This document shows positions 57,490-64,000 of a DNA stretch of 64,000 nt, one piece after another. The notes below the pieces were generated by a model. It ran no database searches and was not told the origin of the DNA. It was given only the letters and a program-made list of their open reading frames with translations. The position numbers and the translations under genes were made by a program. Positions within the stretch are counted from its first letter, which is position 1; each line of letters begins with the position of its first letter. The DNA is from Flaccisagitta enflata (lineage: Eukaryota): the NCBI GenBank assembly GCA_965153355.1, contig OZ231126.1, positions 12,400,001-12,464,000 of the forward strand, read 5' to 3'.

Positions 57490-58495
57490 TGAGAAGCTGG
57501 TTTTGAGGGCTGAGAGGGAGGGTTTTGAGTCTTAAGGTCTAATGTAGGATCTGAGAGGCATGATTTAGGGTCTGAAAGGCTCGATTTTGGGTCTGAGAGG
57601 TAATATTGAGTCCAAAGGCTTGACATGAGGTTTCAGAGGCCTAATTTTGGGTCTGACTGGCTTGATTTTTGGTTAGAGTGGACTGATTTGGGATCTGAGC
57701 GGCCTGGTTTGGGGTCTGAGAGTCTTGATATGTCTGAGAAGCCTAATTTGAAGTCTTAGAGGTCTAGTTTTGGGTCTGAGTGGGCTGATTTGGGGTCTGA
57801 AAGGCCTGTGAGGTCTAGCTTGGGGTCTGAGTGGCCTAATTTGGGGTCTGAGAGAGGCCTTATTTGGGGTCTTGTGGGCCTAAGCGACGTAATCTGGGAC
57901 TTAGCAACCTAATCTGGGTCTCAGCAACCTACTCTTAGCCTCAGCAACCTAATCTGGGTCCCAGCAACCTACTCTTAGCCTCAGCAACCTGATCTGGGCC
58001 TCAGCAGTGTAATTGGGGCATCAGCAACTTAATCTAAGCCTATGCGACCTAATGATGGCCTCAGCGACCTAATACTGGCCTAAGCAACATAATGCCAGCC
58101 TCAGAGACCTTATCCTAACATCAACGACCTAATACCAGCATCAGCAACTTAATAATAGCCCTAGCAACCTTATCACAACCTTATAGCCTCAACATCCTAA
58201 TAGTGACCTTAGCAACCTAATACCTGCGTTTGCGACCTAATTCCTGTTTCAGCAACCTAATCCAACTTAATGCCAGCCTTAGAAACCTAATCCCAGTCTC
58301 AGCAACTTAATGCCAGTCTCAGCAACCTAATCCTGCTTTCAACAAGTCAACTTATCTTAGACTCACTGACCATTTCCCAGCCTCACTGACCTAATCCCGG
58401 CCTAAGCAACCTAATGCCAGCCTCAGAGACCTTATCCAGGTAGCAACCTAGTCCCTGCCTCAGAAATTTAATCCTAGCCTCAATAACCTAATCCC
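57490..58495. repeat. Two adjoining degenerate ~21-bp minisatellite arrays
   Basis: (gggtctgagaggcctaatttg)-like units to about 57880, then (cctcagcaacctaatctgggc)-like units. Confidence 0.7.
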
Positions 58496-59371
58496 AGCCC
58501 CTTTCTTATCTTCAGCTCAAACATAGGTCTCACCGCGCCTAAGGGTTCCGTCATGCTAAGACTGCAAGGTTTAAATTTTCAATTCAGTTTGCCATGTCTA
58601 ATCGATGGAGCGTCTGAAGCATGACGGAATTTGAGATTTTTTCAGGCTGAATCAACGTAATCCACACGGCGCACCTTCTGGCCTTCTTGGCCTTATTTTT
58701 CTTATTTGTCTTTAGATCAGACTGCAAAAACTGCACTTTACCGTTGTTCATATTTTATGTATTCTTCTAATCACACAAGTTGCTTGGCCATAACCTGTTA
58801 ACAATGCCCAATTGGATGGGTTGTTTACAGAAACACTGAAATAAAAAGTTAAAAGTATATGATTCAAAATTGAGTGATCGCTCAATTAGAACAACGAGTC
58901 GACTATCTATTTGCATGACTTTTTTCTTACTGTTATTTCTTGTATTTATTTTTTGTAATGTTTCCGTGTTTTGCTGCGTTCCTATATGCTTCCTTCATTT
59001 TTTAAGATGAGAGGCCCTCCAGGCACCTTAAAAATCATATCATCTTCATACCATATCATACATAATCGCATCTTGAAAGAAAAAAGAATGTTGTGTGAAT
59101 GGGAGGCGATATATCAGAGAGAGATAAAGGATCTATATAAAGCTGTCAGAGCTAGTAAAAGATCGAATGTCACCCCAAATCAACTCAGATGACAAGATAG
59201 AATTGAGGCATCCATAAAAATTTGGGAAGGAAAAGAAGCCTCAACTTTGGGTGATAATAATTTGTTATCATAAACGTCACCAACATGCCACCTGCTCTTC
59301 AGCTTCTCACCCAAAATATTACATATATTCATCCACACTAAAACTGAGAACACAACATCTGGGTACTATTT

Positions 59372-59423
<52 letters not shown>

Positions 59424-59521
59424 CAGAGAGACAGAGAGACAGAGAGAAAGAAAGACAGGCAGACAGAGAGATTGAAAGAGACAAAGAGACAGAGCGACGA
59501 AGACAGAGAGTGAGAGTTAAC

Positions 59522-62500
59522 CGGTCTTACGCACGGGTCCTGAAAAGTCGATAAAAAATTGGCAGAGATACACTATTCTTAAAAATGGTACCAATGTGTC
59601 CGGAATAACTCCCTCTAGCACACTGAACACTTTTTGGCCCAAAAAATGGGCCAAAAAAAATAGTTACAAAAAAAACCTCAAAAAATGGCCATTTTAGGCT
59701 ATTTTTTAAGGTTTTGACCCTGAAAACCACATCAAAAAGTATCCAAATATCTTCAAATTGGGTATTTACGTGTACCTGCATCCAATTCATCATTCTCAGA
59801 AAAAAAAATGACAATTTTGAAAATTCTAGGCACCTATAATGGCCCAAAATTGATTTTTCGACACTACCAAACACAGAAAAAAAGGGCTTTCCCATGCTTA
59901 AACTAGTCCGATTGTCATAAAATTTGAACTAAAGCTTCTCAACTTCCACTGCTAGTACCCCATAAAATTTTATGACAATCGGAGCAAGTTAAGATGCCTA
60001 AATTGGACCTCAAAGTCCAAAAATGAAATTTCAAAATCAAAAATCGACTTTTAGGCTGTAACAATGTCAATGTATGGCAAAAATGACTAAACCATGACCC
60101 AAAAACTGATCTTCAGGTTGATGGTGAACTAAAAAAAAATATCAGCCCTTGTTTTGCATTCCTGGCCCTCCCCCAAAAAAAAACAATCAAGGTGTTGTCA
60201 CTTGAAAACTGGCATTTTTGGCTATATTTTGAGGTTTTGACCCTAAAATCACATCATAAAGGGTCCAAATAACTTAAAATTGGGCATTCACGTGTAACTG
60301 AATCCTATTGATCATTCTCAGAAAAAAAAATGACAATTTTGAAAATTTTGGGTACCCATAATGGCCCAAAATTGATTTTTTGACACTACCAAACACAGGA
60401 AAAAAGGACTTTCTCATGCTTAAACTAGTCCGATTGTCATAAAATTTGAACTGTAGCTTCACAACTTCCACTGCCAGTGCCACATAAAATTTCATGACAA
60501 TCGGAGCAAGTTAAGATGCCTAAATTGGACCTCAAAGTCCAAAAATGAAACTTGAAATAATTGACTTCAGGTTGTAACAATGTCAATGTATGGCAAAAAT
60601 GATTAAACCATGACCCAAAAACTGATCTTCAGGTTGATGGTGAACTAAAACACAAATATCAGCTCTTGTTTTGCATTCCTGGCGCCCCTCAAAAAAAAAT
60701 GAACAAAGTGTTGTCACTCAAAAACTGTCTACTTAAAGTCTTTAGATAAAATACTTTAAGAGACATCTTTTACTACCGAGATAGCTCCAATCCATTTATC
60801 ATACGCTTTTATAGCTATTGTTGGTGCTCTGCCTGTAAGGAGACTAGTCAACCAATAATTGCAGTGATGCAAGAACAACCGGAAATACCTATAAATGCAA
60901 ACTGATCATCGAAGTGTAAGCTTCTTGTGTGGCAGAGCAGGGAACCAACCTCAATAGCCCTTTTTGGGCAGCGGCCTTGAAGGGGACAAAGTTCTGTAGA
61001 ACACAGGGGACTTTTGTTCATTCATCAATCCGTCCGTTTGTTTGTCCCCCCCCAGGCCCTCTCATGCCTGAAATCTGCCATCTCAGGCCTAAAATCTGCC
61101 CTCTCAGGCCTAAAATCTGCTCTCTCAGGCCTGAAATCTGCTCTCAGGCCTGAAACCTGTCCCTCCCAGGCCTTAAATTTGGCCTCTCTCAGGCCTGAAA
61201 TCTGCCCTCTCAGATTCGAGGCCTGAGAGGGCAGATTTCAGCCCTGCAGGAAGTTTTAGGTCTGAGAGGGCTGATTTCTGGCCTGAGAGGGCCTGGGGGC
61301 TGATGGACGGAAGGATGGACAAATGAACAAATGAACGAACAAAAGTTCCCTGTGTTCTAGAGGACTTTGTCCCTTTTGGGGCCGCTGCCCTGCCTATCAT
61401 TCCAATTTACAACTATGTGAAGCAGGGCAACGGGTATCGCTGACCACCTATTGCCCTTGGGCGACCTGTTTCATTTCAAAATAATCAAGTTTAGAAAAGA
61501 TCCAACGATTACTGTCTGTTGAGTAAATCTGACTATTGATATATTTGTCTAATGAGGGCTTTGGCTACGCGTCCCCATTGCACCTCTGGCTCCGGTAAAT
61601 GATGTCTTTTTAAGTGTCTCTGTTAAATACTATGAATTACATCATCTACTACCATTATAGGTCTGATTGTCATACAAAACTTTCTGTGGTATCAGCAGTG
61701 GCGGTTAAGAAGATATATCTCAAATCTTTTAACAATCTGACTAGTTTAAGCATGGGAAAGCCCTTTTTTTCTGAGTTTGGTAGTGTCAAAAAAACAATTT
61801 TGGGCCATTATAGGTACCTAAAATTTTCAAAATTGTCATTTTCTTTTCTGAGAATGATGAATAAGATGCAGTTAGATGTAAATGCTCAAATTAAAGTTAT
61901 TTGGACCCTTTTTGGTGTGGTTTTCAGGGTCAAAACCTAAAAAAATAGCCAAAAATATCAGTTTTTGAGTGACAACAGCTTGTTGTTTTTTGTTTTTTTT
62001 TTTGGGGGGGGGGCAGGAATGCAAAACAAGGGCTGATATTTTTTTTAGTTCACCATAAACCTCAAGATCAGTTTTGGGTCATGGTTTGTCATTTTACATA
62101 CATTGACATTGTTATTTACACCTAAGTCGATTATTTTTGATTTTCAAATTTCATTTTTGGACTTTGACCTCCAATATAGGCGTCTTAACTTGCTCCGATT
62201 GTCATAAAATTTCATGGGGGACTAGCAGTGGAAGTTGAGAAGCTACAGTTCAAATTTAATGACAATTGGACTAGTTTAACCATGGGAAGGCCCTTTTTTC
62301 TGTGTTTGGTAGTGTCAAAAAATCAATTTTGGGCCATTATAGGTACCTAAAATTTTTAATATTGTCATTTTCTTTCTCAGAATGATGAATAGGATGCAGT
62401 TACATGTAAATGTTCAATTTCAAGTTATTTGGACCCTTTATGATGTGATTTTAGGGTCAAAACCTCAAAAAATAGCCAAAAATGCCAGTTTTTGAGTGAC

Positions 62501-63690
62501 AACACTTTGTTCATTTTTTTTGAGGGGCGCCAGGAATGCAAAATAAGAGCTGATATTTGTGTTTTAGTTCACCATCAACCTGAAGATCAGTTTTTGGGTC
62601 ATGGTTTATTCATTTTTGCCATACATTGACATTGTTACAACCTAAAGTCAATTATTTTTGAATTTCAAATTTCATTTTTGGACTTTGAGGTCCAATTTAG
62701 GCATCTTAACTTGCTTCGATTGTCATGAAATTTTATGTGGCACTGGCAGTGGAAGTTGTGAAGCTACAGTTCAAATTTTATGACAATCGGACTAGTTTAA
62801 GCATGAAAGTCCTTTTTTCCTGTGTTTGGTAGTGTCAAAAAATCAATTTTGGGCCATTATGGGTACCCAAAATTTTCAAAATTGTCCTTTTTTTTCTGAG
62901 AATGATGAATAGGACTCAGTTACACGTAAATGCCCAATTTTAAGTTATTTGGACCCTTTATGATGTGATTTTAGGGTCAAAACCTCAAAATATAGCCAAA
63001 AATGCCAGTTTTCGATTGACAACACCTTGTTTGTTTTTTTTGGGGGAGGGCCAGGAATGCAAAACAAGGGCTGATATTTTTTTTTAGTTCACCATCAACC
63101 TGAAGATCAGTTTTGGGTCATGGTTTAGTCATTTTTGCCATACATTGACATTGTTACAACCTAAAAGTCGATTTTTCGATTTTGAAATTTCATTTTTGGA
63201 CTTTGAGGTCCAATTTAGGCATCTTAACTTGCTCCGATTGTCATAAAATTTTAAAGGTACTAGCAGTGGAAGTTGAGAAGCTTCAGTTCAAATTATATGA
63301 CAATCGGACTAGTTTAAGCATGGGAAAGCCTTTTTCTGTGTTTGGTAGTGTCGAAAAATCAATTTTGGGCCATTATAGGTGCCTAGAATTTTCAAAATTG
63401 TCATTTTTTTTTCTGAGAATGATGAATTGGATGCAGGTACACGTGAATACCCAATTTGAAGATATTTGGATACTTTTTGATGTGGTTTTCAGGGTCAAAA
63501 CCTTAAAAAATAGCCTAAAATGGCCATTTTTGAGGTTTTTTTTGTAACTATTTTTTTTGGCCCATTTTTTGGGCCAAAAAAGTGTTCAGTGTGCTAGAGG
63601 GAGTTATTCCGGACACATTGGTACCATTTTTAAGAATAGTGTATCTCTGCCAATTTTTTATCGACTTTTCAGGACCCGTGCGTAAGACCG
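59522..63690. mobile_element. Foldback-type non-autonomous DNA transposon, long modular TIRs of ~520-bp units, 4-bp TSD
   Basis: Ends cggtcttacgcacgggtcc / ggacccgtgcgtaagaccg; TAAC at 59518-59521 and 63691-63694; about 2 units in the left arm and about 4 inverted units in the right arm; no transposase ORF. Confidence 0.85.
60961..61471 (+). mobile_element. HINE-like family B copy nested in the foldback element
   Basis: ttttgggcagcggcc ... ggccgctgccc ... attgcccttgggcgacctgttt. Confidence 0.75.
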
Positions 63691-64000
63691 TAACTGTGGC
63701 GGTGCAAAGCGTTTTAAGGTAGTTAAATCAATTTTATTGATTTAGAGCCTCTAAAATTTTTTCTTGTAATTGACGTTAAAACGCTGAATATTTTCTCGCC
63801 CTGAATGCTTATCCACTTTCTGCTTTATAAAACAAAAACATACAATTGGAACGGTTTCATTGCGTCTGTGATGATTTTGATTGTGTCTATGTCTAAACAA
63901 TTATTTTCGCCTCAGTCAAATGCATGTGACACAAAAAGCAACTTAGTGGTCAGTTGATCGGTCCATTGGTTTGTTGGAAAATTCATTGGTCCATCGGCTC

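Noticed and set aside
59517-59524. piggyBac assignment from TTAA-CC at the left foldback end
   Set aside because: The right end reads gaccg-taac, giving a TAAC duplication rather than TTAA.

Overview
Eukaryotic (metazoan) DNA, extremely rich in microsatellites ((AG)n, (CTT)n, (GT)n, (GAT)n, (TTG)n, (AAGG)n). This resembles malacostracan crustacean genomes, which is only an inference. Almost all ORF-track entries are translated simple repeats. Main content: (1) a full-length, lightly degenerate ~14.1-kb BEL/Pao LTR retrotransposon on the minus strand (14789-28874; LTRs ~99% identical; TTGAT target-site duplication); (2) two minus-strand coding exons of a NOL4/NOL4L-like host gene (42.4-43.3 kb); (3) many non-autonomous elements: two DINE-1/HINE-like (Helentron-type) families, a nested hAT-type MITE, and a 4.2-kb foldback with a 4-bp TSD lying inside an inverted duplication. 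Best candidate for something new: the BEL/Pao element has no tRNA primer-binding site. The bases at and next to its 5' LTR end are instead an 11-nt perfect complement of a sequence inside its own LTR, accompanied by U5-IR and U5-leader stems. This is the Tf1-type self-priming architecture, which I know only from Ty3/Gypsy chromoviruses. The element also has TG...TA termini, a ~685-codon non-env extra ORF, intron-like signals in its LTR and 3' region, and a 70-bp tandem array inserted in RT between 5-bp direct repeats.
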